Positions 24,305-33,612 of a stretch of DNA of 41,921 nt are shown piece by piece. A program made the position numbers and the translations under genes. The notes under the pieces were generated by a model. It was not told the DNA's origin. It saw nothing but the letters and a program-made list of their open reading frames with translations, and searched no databases. The stretch is from a virus. Taxonomy: Duplodnaviria > Caudoviricetes. The DNA is taken from IMG/VR virus record IMGVR_UViG_3300031673_000151, positions 1 to 41,921 of that record; one strand, written 5' to 3'. Position 1 is the stretch's first letter. Each line of letters opens with the position of its first letter.

Positions 24305-25906
24305 TCAAGGCGCGTAAGTAATCAAGCTGGAAAGATTAAGCCCGGTGATTCCATCCAGCCATTGGATACCCTCGTCAAGCCGGTTCAGTTCGCTATTAAT
24401 CGCGTTCTGCTTTGCCTCCGGCGTCAGGGTGCTGGTCAGGATTGCGCTGATGCGCTGGTTCGTACCGTTCTGCATGGAAAGCATGTAGTTTGTGGCAAGC
24501 TGCTGAGTGTTCCCGCCCGTTGTCGCATCGGTGGCATATTTGCGCGTGTTTGCGTCCAGTTCTGCAAGGCGCATCCTTAGCCCCGCATCGAGGTTTGAAA
24601 GCTCGCGCTTCACGGTAGAGTCAAGATTAGCAAGCTGGATAGTAGTTAGATTCTGCTCACGTGCCTTTGTCAACGAATTGGCTTCTGATGCGTTGAACTC
24701 ACCGCCTTTATTTTGCTGCGAGGCGTTGAACTGCCCAGCATTCGTTGCAAGCTCGGCATTGAACTGATTGGTCTGGTTGACTGCTGACGTGTTGTCTCGT
24801 GACGCTTGGTTGATTGCGCCAGCGCCAAATTCGGAAGCCCTTGACCTTGCCGCTGCGTTGGAAGCTGCGGAGCTTCCATACATCTGCGCATCAGACGTGG
24901 CAATTGGAAGGGCGGAATTATACAGCGCTTGCTGGCCGGACTGAACGGCCATGCTGCTATTCAGCAAGCCAGATCGGTTTGCCTCTTGCCGCGACCGGGT
25001 TTCAGCGGCCTGACTCAATGGGCTGTTGTCAGCGATTATCTTCTTGATCTGCCCTTGTACGGTCTGGTCTTCGTTCACCTTCCAATCAGTCGCGTCATAC
25101 CCGCGACCGGAATAGGTAGAAGCGCCTGGAGCCTGCTCTTTCTGGGCGGTAGATACGGTATACCCAGATACACCTCCCGTTTGCATGACAGGCGATATTT
25201 GCCCGGTTTGAGTGCTGATCTGAGGGGCGGTAGATCCGACCTGAGTAGTCGGCTGAGTAGTTTGCTGTGTCACAGGAGGGACGTAACCGGGCCTTTGCTC
25301 AGGTGGAAGCGCCATGTAGTTCTGATAGTTCGTCGTTGACACGGATGGCGATTGATTCGTAGAAGGCGGAACCATGGGCAACGGGCCGATTTCCCACTGG
25401 TCAGGGTTGGTGTAATCAGGTGGGCGATCTGGCAGGCGTGTTGCGGCCTGCGATTCGGCAGAAGGCGGCGCGTAGGTTTTTCCAACTGATGCAAACGCCC
25501 TTGCCCATGGCGATGCGCTTTGCTCAGGGGATAGCGTAATCGGTGCTGCACTAGGCGTTTGCGATATTTCTGTCGGAAGAGCAATAGATGGTGCAGTGTA
25601 TGGTTTTGTGGTGCTGTTCAGCAAGCCGATTTGCGGAGAGTGCGTGATTGTGGGTGTCGAAGCCAAAGGGTTGGGAGCCTCATAACGTAATTCGTCCTGT
25701 GTAGAGGAAGGATTAGGCGCCACATAATCAGGCCGCTGTTCCAATGGTGTCGCCATATAGGATTCATAGGTATAGCCAGCCGGATTAGGCCCGATTTCCC
25801 ATTGCGCACGATTGGTATAATCCGGCTTGTTGTCAGGAGCGCGGTACGATGTCTCCGGCACCCATTCTTTCCCTATGCTTTCAAAAGCCGCTTTCCAGTT
25901 TGCCAT
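24305..25906 (-). CDS. putative DNA transfer/ejection protein
   Basis: ANRSGLLNSSMAVQ and NQFNA repeats; Pro-rich duplicated N-terminus. Confidence 0.65.
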   Translation of the reverse strand: MANWKAAFESIGKEWVPETSYRAPDNKPDYTNRAQWEIGPNPAGYTYESYMATPLEQRPDYVAPNPSSTQDELRYEAPNPLASTPTITHSPQIGLLNSTTKPYTAPSIALPTEISQTPSAAPITLSPEQSASPWARAFASVGKTYAPPSAESQAATRLPDRPPDYTNPDQWEIGPLPMVPPSTNQSPSVSTTNYQNYMALPPEQRPGYVPPVTQQTTQPTTQVGSTAPQISTQTGQISPVMQTGGVSGYTVSTAQKEQAPGASTYSGRGYDATDWKVNEDQTVQGQIKKIIADNSPLSQAAETRSRQEANRSGLLNSSMAVQSGQQALYNSALPIATSDAQMYGSSAASNAAARSRASEFGAGAINQASRDNTSAVNQTNQFNAELATNAGQFNASQQNKGGEFNASEANSLTKAREQNLTTIQLANLDSTVKRELSNLDAGLRMRLAELDANTRKYATDATTGGNTQQLATNYMLSMQNGTNQRISAILTSTLTPEAKQNAINSELNRLDEGIQWLDGITGLNLSSLITYAP

Positions 25907-25930
25907 TGTCGAACCTCTCGTAAATTATAA

Positions 25931-26419
25931 CTATTCAGCCCACTGCTTTGCAGTATTTAGGTTGATTACTGCAACGTCGCCTTCTTCAACGATTCCCTGA
26001 ACTCCCGCATCAAGCTGTTGTAGCGATAGCTCAAGCTTGGACCTGTCGAAACAGTATCTTTGAGGATTGATGGAACCGGCGGAGGCGGTGGGCAAGAAAC
26101 TGATACTGGAATTGGCGTCGCGCAAGCGCTTGTTAGCAGCGCGCAGGTTAGCAACAGTAGTGGCGTTTTCATGATCTGCTTTCTCCTTCTTGAGTTTGTC
26201 TTCGGCTATTGCTTTATCTGCGGCTATTTTGGCTGCATCGCCAAGGGCTTTCGTCGTTGACACAAATCCATCGAACTTGCTTTGAACAGCGTCGATCCTC
26301 CACCCTTGGATTGTCCATGCCGCACTGCCACCAGACACAATGCCGATGACGAACGAAGCCATGGCTATCCAGAGTATCAGTGAGGGGTTGTTTAATACTT
26401 TTCCGAGTATCCAACTCAT
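25931..26419 (-). CDS. Rz: i-spanin (Rz-like)
   Basis: N-terminal TM helix, AWTIQGWR, coiled coil; follows holin/endolysin and contains a nested lipoprotein gene. Confidence 0.8.
   Translation of the reverse strand: MSWILGKVLNNPSLILWIAMASFVIGIVSGGSAAWTIQGWRIDAVQSKFDGFVSTTKALGDAAKIAADKAIAEDKLKKEKADHENATTVANLRAANKRLRDANSSISFLPTASAGSINPQRYCFDRSKLELSLQQLDAGVQGIVEEGDVAVINLNTAKQWAE
25966..26172 (-). CDS. Rz1: o-spanin lipoprotein (Rz1-like), embedded in Rz
   Basis: MKTPLLLLTCALLTSAC lipobox followed by Pro-rich CPPPPPVP; alternative frame inside Rz. Confidence 0.85.
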   Translation of the reverse strand: MKTPLLLLTCALLTSACATPIPVSVSCPPPPPVPSILKDTVSTGPSLSYRYNSLMREFRESLKKATLQ

Positions 26420-26631
26420 AGAGATTTCTCCTGCCATTCTCTGCCCAGCCAGATGGCCAGTATTAATGCAACGGCCGAGCCGAACTCACCGGCCCCCATC
26501 GGTGGCATGATGCCGAGCGGCCCGAGGTTAACCCCTGCAACCAGAAATTTCACGAGCACCACGGCCCAGGACACTGAGACGAACAATAGCGTAGTGGACT
26601 GCTTACCGCGAACGGACGGTAAGCAGATCAT
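26416..26631 (-). CDS. putative holin (2 TM)
   Basis: 71 aa with two hydrophobic helices, in the lysis cassette. Confidence 0.6.
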   Translation of the reverse strand: MICLPSVRGKQSTTLLFVSVSWAVVLVKFLVAGVNLGPLGIMPPMGAGEFGSAVALILAIWLGREWQEKSL

Positions 26632-26735
26632 GCTTCACCTCGCATCATGTTCGCCAGTCGGATCGCGCGCTGCCCGACCTGGCCAGCCCACTTCGATTTC
26701 AACATCCCTTCGGCGGCAGCGTCTGTAAGTCTCAT
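26628..26735 (-). pseudogene. C-terminal remnant of a T4-type (GH24) lysozyme
   Basis: MRLTDAAAEGMLKSKWAGQVGQRAIRLANMMRGEA* matches the AA.EML.S.WA.QV..RA.RL..MMR.G tail of T4-like lysozymes. Confidence 0.75.
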
Positions 26736-27085
26736 TACGAAATCCCGTCGTGTTCCAAGGAGTAGTGATTACCATCTTGGAATCTTCCTCCCCATACGCC
26801 GCCTTGGCCCTCCCACCACTCGCCTAGAACACGGTGGCTTTCGGTGTCGGCCATGTATTTCCCGTCGATGAATAGGTTAAGGTCAATCGCCAGACGCTGC
26901 TTATGGGCGCTCTTTGACTCTCCATAGCCCAGTCTGGTTCCAATAGGGCCAAACACTCTCGGATCACGGTAGGCGTCACCTAGCGTTATCTCATACCCAA
27001 GCGAGTGGGCGTAGTCGATTAAGCGCACGGACATCCGGGTGAATCGACGCTGCTTTTGCCCAAGTGTTTCACTGGTGGTTGCCAT
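26735..27085 (-). CDS. M15-family (L-Ala-D-Glu) peptidase endolysin
   Basis: GDAYR, SAHKQRLAIDL and WGGRF.DGNHYS zinc-peptidase motifs. Confidence 0.9.
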   Translation of the reverse strand: MATTSETLGQKQRRFTRMSVRLIDYAHSLGYEITLGDAYRDPRVFGPIGTRLGYGESKSAHKQRLAIDLNLFIDGKYMADTESHRVLGEWWEGQGGVWGGRFQDGNHYSLEHDGIS

Positions 27086-27245
27086 GCTCTACCTCCTTCT
27101 CCGTGTTCTTCGGGTCGCACTCCTGGCAGTAAGGCGAATCCGCCACTTTTGGCATGAACGGCTCTCCGCAATGCGCACAGTAACGAGTTAACGATAACGG
27201 TGGGAGCCTGTCAAAACCGTCTTCGATCATGTCAAACGTAGTCAT
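27069..27245 (-). CDS. small Zn-ribbon protein
   Basis: YCAHCG...YCQEC; ATGA coupling. Confidence 0.55.
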   Translation of the reverse strand: MTTFDMIEDGFDRLPPLSLTRYCAHCGEPFMPKVADSPYCQECDPKNTEKEVEHGNHQ

Positions 27246-27403
27246 TTCGCGCACCTTTCCGCAAAATCAGCATCTTCTTCCAGGCTTATTTCCTCAAGAC
27301 TTCTCGCTTCTGCCTGCTCGCATTGATTGCATATTTCTTCATCCAGCACAGGCCGGTACACAGACGAACAGGCAGGGCACAAGAACCAGTCTTTGAAGCT
27401 CAT
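27242..27403 (-). CDS. small Zn-ribbon protein
   Basis: LCPACS...ICNQC; TAATG coupling. Confidence 0.55.
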   Translation of the reverse strand: MSFKDWFLCPACSSVYRPVLDEEICNQCEQAEARSLEEISLEEDADFAERCAK

Positions 27404-27693
27404 TACATCCCCTTTAACCAGATTAGGAAACCGCCATAAGCAACGACTACAGGCGTAACCCATATGATGAAAGACCGTATCCAGTTGGCTCCTTTAGCGA
27501 TAGCCAACAGGACTTTGAATAACTCGACAAGCTCGGCTGTGTTTTTGGCTATTTCAGTTGTCATCTTCACGTTATCGGCAAGCGCTTTCTCGAACTTGCT
27601 ATGCTCACTGAGATGTTTTTCAATGGTTGTTGTTACATTCCCTATTTGCGCTTCTGCAACATCAAGCCGCTGGTGTGCCCTCCGGTCTTCCAT
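27403..27693 (-). CDS. coiled-coil protein with C-terminal TM (holin/antiholin-like)
   Basis: MEDRR start, coiled coil, C-terminal hydrophobic helix; upstream of the endolysin. Confidence 0.6.
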   Translation of the reverse strand: MEDRRAHQRLDVAEAQIGNVTTTIEKHLSEHSKFEKALADNVKMTTEIAKNTAELVELFKVLLAIAKGANWIRSFIIWVTPVVVAYGGFLIWLKGM

Positions 27694-27694
27694 C

Positions 27695-28423
27695 TCATCC
27701 CCCTTTCTTATTGATTATTCTTGCTGCGTAAATCCCTGGAATATAATCGAACCATGACTTGATCGCGTATTTACCGCCGATTTCTTTCAATACGGTCCTG
27801 AGCACGAACACGCATTTAATCCCCGCGCCACGCCTTTTGCCGACCAGCCCATCCAGTTTTTGGAGGATGGTTTCGTTTATCTCAACTCTGGTATTGACAG
27901 CGACGTGCTTGTCCCTCCACCGCTGCGAATATTCGGTTTTCTCGAACACCCCTGACTTGCTTCTGAACGACCACACATACCCATCAGCAAGAATGCAGAT
28001 TGACGATATTGGCGTACCAAAAAACGCCTTGGAAAATTCTGCCAATGAATTCGGCTTGAGCAACAGGATGGTTATTTTGTGAGGGTTTACTTCTTCGCCG
28101 GAAACGTCGTAGTTGCGCATCAGCATGTAAACCATGGCGGCAGAGAACGACACGTAGATAGGTAATGACTCGTCTATGCGAGTATCGCTGACGATCCATG
28201 CGATGTAGGCGAACAGGTCAACCCATACCGCACAACAAAGCAGGGTAATCGCAGTTCTCAACAACAGCGATTCTTTTTCTGACGCACTCCACAAAGCCTG
28301 CATCAAGATTGCAACAGTCAGATATTTAGCTCCTAATGAAATTTGCCACGATACCGACGGGAATAGCGGAACGGTGATCCATTCAAGCGCCATTACAGCC
28401 AGTATCGCGGCAATGAATTTCAC
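27695..28423 (-). CDS. multi-TM membrane protein with soluble C-terminal domain
   Basis: About four hydrophobic helices in the first 105 aa. Confidence 0.7.
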   Translation of the reverse strand: MKFIAAILAVMALEWITVPLFPSVSWQISLGAKYLTVAILMQALWSASEKESLLLRTAITLLCCAVWVDLFAYIAWIVSDTRIDESLPIYVSFSAAMVYMLMRNYDVSGEEVNPHKITILLLKPNSLAEFSKAFFGTPISSICILADGYVWSFRSKSGVFEKTEYSQRWRDKHVAVNTRVEINETILQKLDGLVGKRRGAGIKCVFVLRTVLKEIGGKYAIKSWFDYIPGIYAARIINKKGG

Positions 28424-28497
28424 GGCTTTTCGCGCCCCGGTTTGCTGCGGCCTGGGGTTTTTGCTGGGGGTTTACCTTTTGGGTATGGGGAAGGCAT
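28420..28497 (-). CDS. small basic Pro-rich peptide (25 aa)
   Basis: MPSPYPKGKPPAKTPGRSKPGREKP*; AAGGAG RBS and GTGA overlap with the membrane gene. Confidence 0.55.
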   Translation of the reverse strand: MPSPYPKGKPPAKTPGRSKPGREKP

Positions 28498-28513
28498 TGT
28501 ATTACTCCTTTGG

Positions 28514-29113
28514 TTAGAAAGCTCTGAACACGCACTTGCCATGACAGGTGTTGGAGATAGCCCCGTCCGGGGTTATCGTCGCGTTCCTGACGTTGAAATA
28601 GTAGGTCGTATTCGGCTCTAAAATACACTGCCAAATAGCCCCGCTACCGGTCCGGTAGTTAATCAGCGGCGGCCTCCCTTGCGCAGCGCATTGGTTATAC
28701 CTCGGAACCATCCCGAAATCGCACTTATTTTTGCTGATTGTGATTAACTGAGTCGAGTTTGAATAGTTCGTTGACATTTGCCCAGATTCGGAAGGCCCGG
28801 TCTGGAACGAAAACGAATAAGCCTGCGTCGGGCCAATGGAGAATTCCTTACTCATATTTCCAACACGGGGCAGCGTGATGTTACTGGTGATGCCGTACTG
28901 GACGCACAGGTCAGCAGACTGCGGGGGGGCGGGTTGAGGAGTGGGCTGTGCCGGTGGTGTAGGTTGTGCAGGCGCAGCGATATCCGGGTTACAGGTGATC
29001 GCACCGGATGCGGCCATGGTGAAGGCCGCGCACTTGCTGTCGGTGTAGGTGAGCGTTGCTGAATGAGCGTACCCCGCGCAAACAAGGAACATTGCCGCAA
29101 GAAAAGTTTTCAT
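28514..29113 (-). CDS. exported Cys-rich protein
   Basis: Sec signal MKTFLAAMFLVCAGYAHSA, PAQPT linker and eight mature-region Cys. Confidence 0.7.
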   Translation of the reverse strand: MKTFLAAMFLVCAGYAHSATLTYTDSKCAAFTMAASGAITCNPDIAAPAQPTPPAQPTPQPAPPQSADLCVQYGITSNITLPRVGNMSKEFSIGPTQAYSFSFQTGPSESGQMSTNYSNSTQLITISKNKCDFGMVPRYNQCAAQGRPPLINYRTGSGAIWQCILEPNTTYYFNVRNATITPDGAISNTCHGKCVFRAF

Positions 29114-29595
29114 GGTTGAATCTCCGTCAAAGTCGAGCTGTTTTGCAGCATAAAATCCACCGTTGCTGATGGGGTGTCCAGGCACGGTAGGTCAAGGATC
29201 GTGTTAACGAATTCGGCGCACGATATATCGCCGTCAGCCCGGTTGTTGTAGCCGAAGTACGCCTTGACCGCATCACCCCGGCTGTACTCGACGCCATCTT
29301 TCCCCACCAGCGCCAGGCCGGCCTCGACCTGTTCGTCAGTCATCCCCAGCCCGGTGAGGTGGTAGCACGGCAGCAGATTGGACAGCGGCACGAGGCGCAC
29401 ACGAGGCGTAACGGCTTCCAGCACCCATACGCGCCCACCCATCACCAAGACAATGCCGACATGGCAATATTCGGACATCGTAAATAGCCGTACCAGCATG
29501 ACTTTAAAATCGTAGAGGCTGCGGATCTTCCTGTGGCTCCACGCAATAACGGCACCGGATTGAATTAGTGGCCGGGCATCAGCGTATTTCATCAC
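29110..29595 (-). CDS. permuted papain-like NlpC/P60 (YiiX/YebB-like) protein
   Basis: HVGIV...VLEA...YS...SCAEFV, with His before Cys. Confidence 0.75.
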   Translation of the reverse strand: MMKYADARPLIQSGAVIAWSHRKIRSLYDFKVMLVRLFTMSEYCHVGIVLVMGGRVWVLEAVTPRVRLVPLSNLLPCYHLTGLGMTDEQVEAGLALVGKDGVEYSRGDAVKAYFGYNNRADGDISCAEFVNTILDLPCLDTPSATVDFMLQNSSTLTEIQP

Positions 29596-30098
29596 AACCC
29601 CAATTGCGGTTTAATCACAGCAAGGAACCACGCCCACTGCGCTTGTACGGTTGCCAGCGCAGCAGCGTCAACCGCATTTCGTGCCGCCTCCTTGAGTGCC
29701 AGCCGGTTTGCACGGATAGCCACCTGCGCCGTTCTCCATGTTGCCGCAGCGGACAGAATGTCGTCGGTTGCCCAAGTCGCCGTCTGCACTTTTGCCGTGG
29801 ACCATGCCTGCACGCTGGCTGGAACGGTGCCGGTATATCCCGCTGCCCGGTACGCTGTGGCCTCTTTTTCGGCCAGCGTGTATTCAGCTTCCCGGTTGCC
29901 TAGAAGTGCCGCGTAGATAGAATCTACATCGGCGTCTATTTTTGCTACCAGGGAGGTCTTTTGTTGAGCCAGCGGAATAGGCGTTGGCACGCCACCAGCA
30001 GCCAGAAACGCCTGATAGTGATCAAGCTCCACTCGGCATAGCAGCCCATCATCCCTGCGCACTATTTGCGGATCTTCGGTTAGCTGAAAAGATGTCAT
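29592..30098 (-). CDS. tail fibre assembly/accessory protein
   Basis: YQAFLAAGGVP motif; directly after the tail fibre gene. Confidence 0.6.
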   Translation of the reverse strand: MTSFQLTEDPQIVRRDDGLLCRVELDHYQAFLAAGGVPTPIPLAQQKTSLVAKIDADVDSIYAALLGNREAEYTLAEKEATAYRAAGYTGTVPASVQAWSTAKVQTATWATDDILSAAATWRTAQVAIRANRLALKEAARNAVDAAALATVQAQWAWFLAVIKPQLGL

Positions 30099-30106
30099 GG
30101 CAATCC

Positions 30107-31552
30107 TTATTGGTAGATGAACGAAAAGGTATCGTTCCAGCCGGTAAACACAGCACCAGTAGCGTCGTACTTTGCTACATTGATATAGTTGTTGTACCAG
30201 ACGATGAGCTGTGTTCCGTTCACCGCGACCTCGCGCCCCGCGCCGGTATTATTGTTGCCGCTTGCCGGAAACGGCGCGGCAATAACCAGCGCGCCCGAAC
30301 CCGTCCCCGCGTTGGTCATGGCTACGCTACCTATCACCATGCAGTTTCGCCAGAACATAGTGAAGGCCAATGTTGATGTTATGGTAGTAAATGTGCCAGT
30401 CGCTGGCACTGTTTGACCGATGTAAGCGAACTTTTCAGGGAAGCCTGCCGGGCTGCCGAAGGAGAATGCCGGAAGGGTGATCGCCGTTCCAGACGATAGC
30501 CCCATCTGGTAATCCGCATTGGCGATCAGCGTTACCGTAGTCAGCCCAGTTCCAGCCGAATACGAGGACGAGTTAACATACCCATATTTGACGGTGGTCT
30601 GAGTATACTTAACCCGAACACCACGGAAATAGGTCGTTGTCACGTCACCGAGAACCGTAAACACTGCCTCTACAGGCGTTACGTTGACAGTACCGTTAGC
30701 GTTCAGCGAACCAGCAACACCCGCTGTGGTACATGTCCACGCATCTGCTACTTTGGTCCACCCGTCTACGTGCAGGCCGGGGATGCTTACCGCCCCCGTT
30801 CCTTTCGTAACCTCGATGGGGGTCTTTGATCCTGTAATGTCTACGAGCGACCAGTTCCCTGCTGTGGCTGTAACATCACCTGTTAACCACAATTGAGAGG
30901 TGTTCGTGCTTTCCCATGACTGTATTGCTGCTGTGTTAGAAATATCCACCGATTTTGCGGATAAGGCGTTAACCGCGAAATTTTGCGTGGACGATCCGGC
31001 AAGAAGCGCATTGCCACCAGCGGTAAGTCCTGCCGCCGTGCCTGTGCAGTTCGTCAAAACGCCACTTGTTGGCGTTCCAAGCAATGGAGTGACAAGCGTA
31101 GGGGAAGTTGCGAATACAGCAGCACCTGAGCCGGTTTCATCGGTCAAAGCAGTTGCCAGTTGAGATGATGAGAACGATCCGAGAACTGCCGCGTTACCCG
31201 TAGAAGTGATATGCCCGGTGAGGTTTGCGTTCGTGGTGACGTTGCCAGCAGTCAACCCTGCGGCGGTCCCGGTTACATTGGTCATTACACCGCTCGCAGG
31301 TGTTCCAAGGGCTGGAGTGACCAATGTTGGTGAGGTGTTTAGAACAACCGACCCGGTTCCCGTCACTGCCACTGCTTCGAGAGCAGTTCCGCCAGCGTTG
31401 ACAAGTACGGCCTTGCCTCCATTACCAGACAATGCTGGCCCCTTGCCGAATCCGGCCTCAATCAGTTCCAGCTCTGCACGTAACGCAGAGGAAGATCCCG
31501 GCGCTCCGGTCGATGGGTAAGTCGTGTGATCGTAATACTCGCTGCCAGCCAT
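30107..31552 (-). CDS. tail fibre protein
   Basis: Gly/Thr/Ala rich with duplicated TSPTLVTPxLGTPxSGVxTNxTGTAAGLTAG; follows the tail tube genes. Confidence 0.75.
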   Translation of the reverse strand: MAGSEYYDHTTYPSTGAPGSSSALRAELELIEAGFGKGPALSGNGGKAVLVNAGGTALEAVAVTGTGSVVLNTSPTLVTPALGTPASGVMTNVTGTAAGLTAGNVTTNANLTGHITSTGNAAVLGSFSSSQLATALTDETGSGAAVFATSPTLVTPLLGTPTSGVLTNCTGTAAGLTAGGNALLAGSSTQNFAVNALSAKSVDISNTAAIQSWESTNTSQLWLTGDVTATAGNWSLVDITGSKTPIEVTKGTGAVSIPGLHVDGWTKVADAWTCTTAGVAGSLNANGTVNVTPVEAVFTVLGDVTTTYFRGVRVKYTQTTVKYGYVNSSSYSAGTGLTTVTLIANADYQMGLSSGTAITLPAFSFGSPAGFPEKFAYIGQTVPATGTFTTITSTLAFTMFWRNCMVIGSVAMTNAGTGSGALVIAAPFPASGNNNTGAGREVAVNGTQLIVWYNNYINVAKYDATGAVFTGWNDTFSFIYQ

Positions 31553-31563
31553 AGCAAACCTCT

Positions 31564-33612
31564 CTAGCGCATTGAACGCCGAGTTATGTAATGAATAATC
31601 ATGCCATTCAGTGTGAACTGTTCGTACTCATCAGAGCTTCCACTGAATCGGATGGAAATGTTTTCTGCCGTGCCGGCCAAGTCGATTTCAGAAGGGGAGA
31701 GTGTTTGCCCGTCCCAAAAGAAACTGTCCCATGTGAACGAATCCCAAGCAGTCGCGGAAAGGGATGCGGTAATAGTGGAGTTTGGCGGAGAGTCGTATTC
31801 TGTTGACCCGTACCCGATGGTGTACCCTGCGGTCATCTCGGCGTAATTCCCGCCTGTGATTTCTACGACGCCCTTGGTGAAAGTCTTGAGTAACCTAGGT
31901 CCGCCAAAGTGGCTGAACGACAAGTCGAAATTCCAGCTAATATTGGCACCGTCGAAAGACGTTCCTTTCTCGGCTTGGTAGACATAACCATCGCTTGAAC
32001 CGAAGTAAATCTCTTCCAGACCATTGGAAGCTTCGGCAGAGCAGCAGCACAACACCGGGTTAGGGTAGGAGATAGGCGTCATGCCCATCAGCTTCCCTTG
32101 CGATAGGGTCACGAAAACCCCGTCGCCACCGCTGAAAAACACCCGGTATTGGTTCTTCTTCCGCACAATGCAGCTTGATATTGCACTATCGGTCAGGTCG
32201 AGCAGAGTAGGACTGATCAATGCCGACATAACCGCACTCTGGAAATTCCCGTATGCCTGAGTTGCAGACAGAGAAAGTATCCCTTGGGTATCCAGCGAGA
32301 ACTCTTGATTCAAGTATTGCAGCGTGTACGGAATAGCGCCGGTTTCCTCGCTGTATGGAACCAGGTTCCAATCGGTAGAGTCATTTCCGTACAGGATCAA
32401 TTTGCGGTTTCTGGTGGATATCCCCATCGCCGCCCCTGCTTGAGTACCGATCATCTCGACAAACCCGGAAATCACATCGCCGCAAGCCAATTCCCCGGCC
32501 CCGGAAAGGATCGTAAACGAGTATGGATTCCCTATCCCGGAATGCTGAGCGGATCCAGAGAACGAGAAGAACAGATGATTTTTATGGGCAATAACATGGA
32601 GCGGAGTATCGGTTGTCATGCCGGTGGATATTTTTACAAACGTCGTGCCGTCGAACTCGAATCCCTGATTAACACCGTCAGCACCGTACATCTTTTTAGT
32701 GCCGACCCCGCCGCCAAAATTCCAGTTGTAGAATTCGTATCTTCCACTAGGAAGCAGAGTAATTGCCGTGCTGTTCCCGGCTATCGTGGCGACATTCAGA
32801 GATGCGCCTACATTCAAATTCTCCGCTTGGAAGGTTCCGGTCTGTGATGCGAAAAACAACCTTCCCGCCGCCGTCCCTGCCGCCCATGTCCCGCTAGTCA
32901 GGATCACTTTGACGATAACTGCCGTGGCGGCTGATGTAGCGCCTGTTATGGTGTTTCCTGCGACAACCTCGACCGTTCCGCCAGACGTAAATGAAATTTC
33001 TCGACCTAACGAGACTTCCGTCCACCCGGTAGCAGACTCAACGTGCATTACCGCCGCAGTACCGCCAGCATTGTTCCTGAACGCATAAACATGGCCGTTA
33101 TACATCCACACGCCAAGGATGTTTCCAGACCCAGGTACAACTGCTATATCCGACCGGTATTGATCTGCGGCAAGGTTGTTATATGTGGCGCCAAGTTTCA
33201 GCGTTGGCGCGCCGCCAGAGGATTGCGCGGCAGAGCATGTGCCAACTACAGTAGCGCCAACCTTGATATTCCCAACCGCGAAAGTGCCGGTTACTTTGGT
33301 CAGGTACGCCGTTCCAGAGACAAGCGCAATTACCGTTCCGTAAGCCGCTGCTGTGTTGTCGGTCAGCACATCGTATAAAGAGACGGACCCGGTAATCGTG
33401 CAAGGCAATGACGAATATGTCGCAGAGGATGGCCTTGGCTTACCGCTATACCGCTCATACCCCGCGAGTGGTGAATATCCGCCGTTGATGCCGATTTCAA
33501 TATTACTGGCGGCGCGCATCGTGCCCGGCCCGGTTTCCATTGGGGCGGTAACCTGATCCAATCCCCCGTTGAGCGGGAAGAACTTGGACGAGACGGTCGG
33601 CATTTTAATCAT
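31564..33612 (-). CDS. tail tubular/nozzle protein (P22 gp10 or T7 gp12-like)
   Basis: 682 aa, beta-rich, N-terminal GGLD, HKNHLFF and IYFGSSDGYVY; follows the adaptor. Confidence 0.7.
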   Translation of the reverse strand: MIKMPTVSSKFFPLNGGLDQVTAPMETGPGTMRAASNIEIGINGGYSPLAGYERYSGKPRPSSATYSSLPCTITGSVSLYDVLTDNTAAAYGTVIALVSGTAYLTKVTGTFAVGNIKVGATVVGTCSAAQSSGGAPTLKLGATYNNLAADQYRSDIAVVPGSGNILGVWMYNGHVYAFRNNAGGTAAVMHVESATGWTEVSLGREISFTSGGTVEVVAGNTITGATSAATAVIVKVILTSGTWAAGTAAGRLFFASQTGTFQAENLNVGASLNVATIAGNSTAITLLPSGRYEFYNWNFGGGVGTKKMYGADGVNQGFEFDGTTFVKISTGMTTDTPLHVIAHKNHLFFSFSGSAQHSGIGNPYSFTILSGAGELACGDVISGFVEMIGTQAGAAMGISTRNRKLILYGNDSTDWNLVPYSEETGAIPYTLQYLNQEFSLDTQGILSLSATQAYGNFQSAVMSALISPTLLDLTDSAISSCIVRKKNQYRVFFSGGDGVFVTLSQGKLMGMTPISYPNPVLCCCSAEASNGLEEIYFGSSDGYVYQAEKGTSFDGANISWNFDLSFSHFGGPRLLKTFTKGVVEITGGNYAEMTAGYTIGYGSTEYDSPPNSTITASLSATAWDSFTWDSFFWDGQTLSPSEIDLAGTAENISIRFSGSSDEYEQFTLNGMIIHYITRRSMR

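Noticed and set aside
29592-31552. Diversity-generating retroelement targeting the tail fibre
   Set aside because: No reverse transcriptase and no adenine-specific TR/VR repeat pair were seen. The internal fibre repeat is an ordinary structural duplication.
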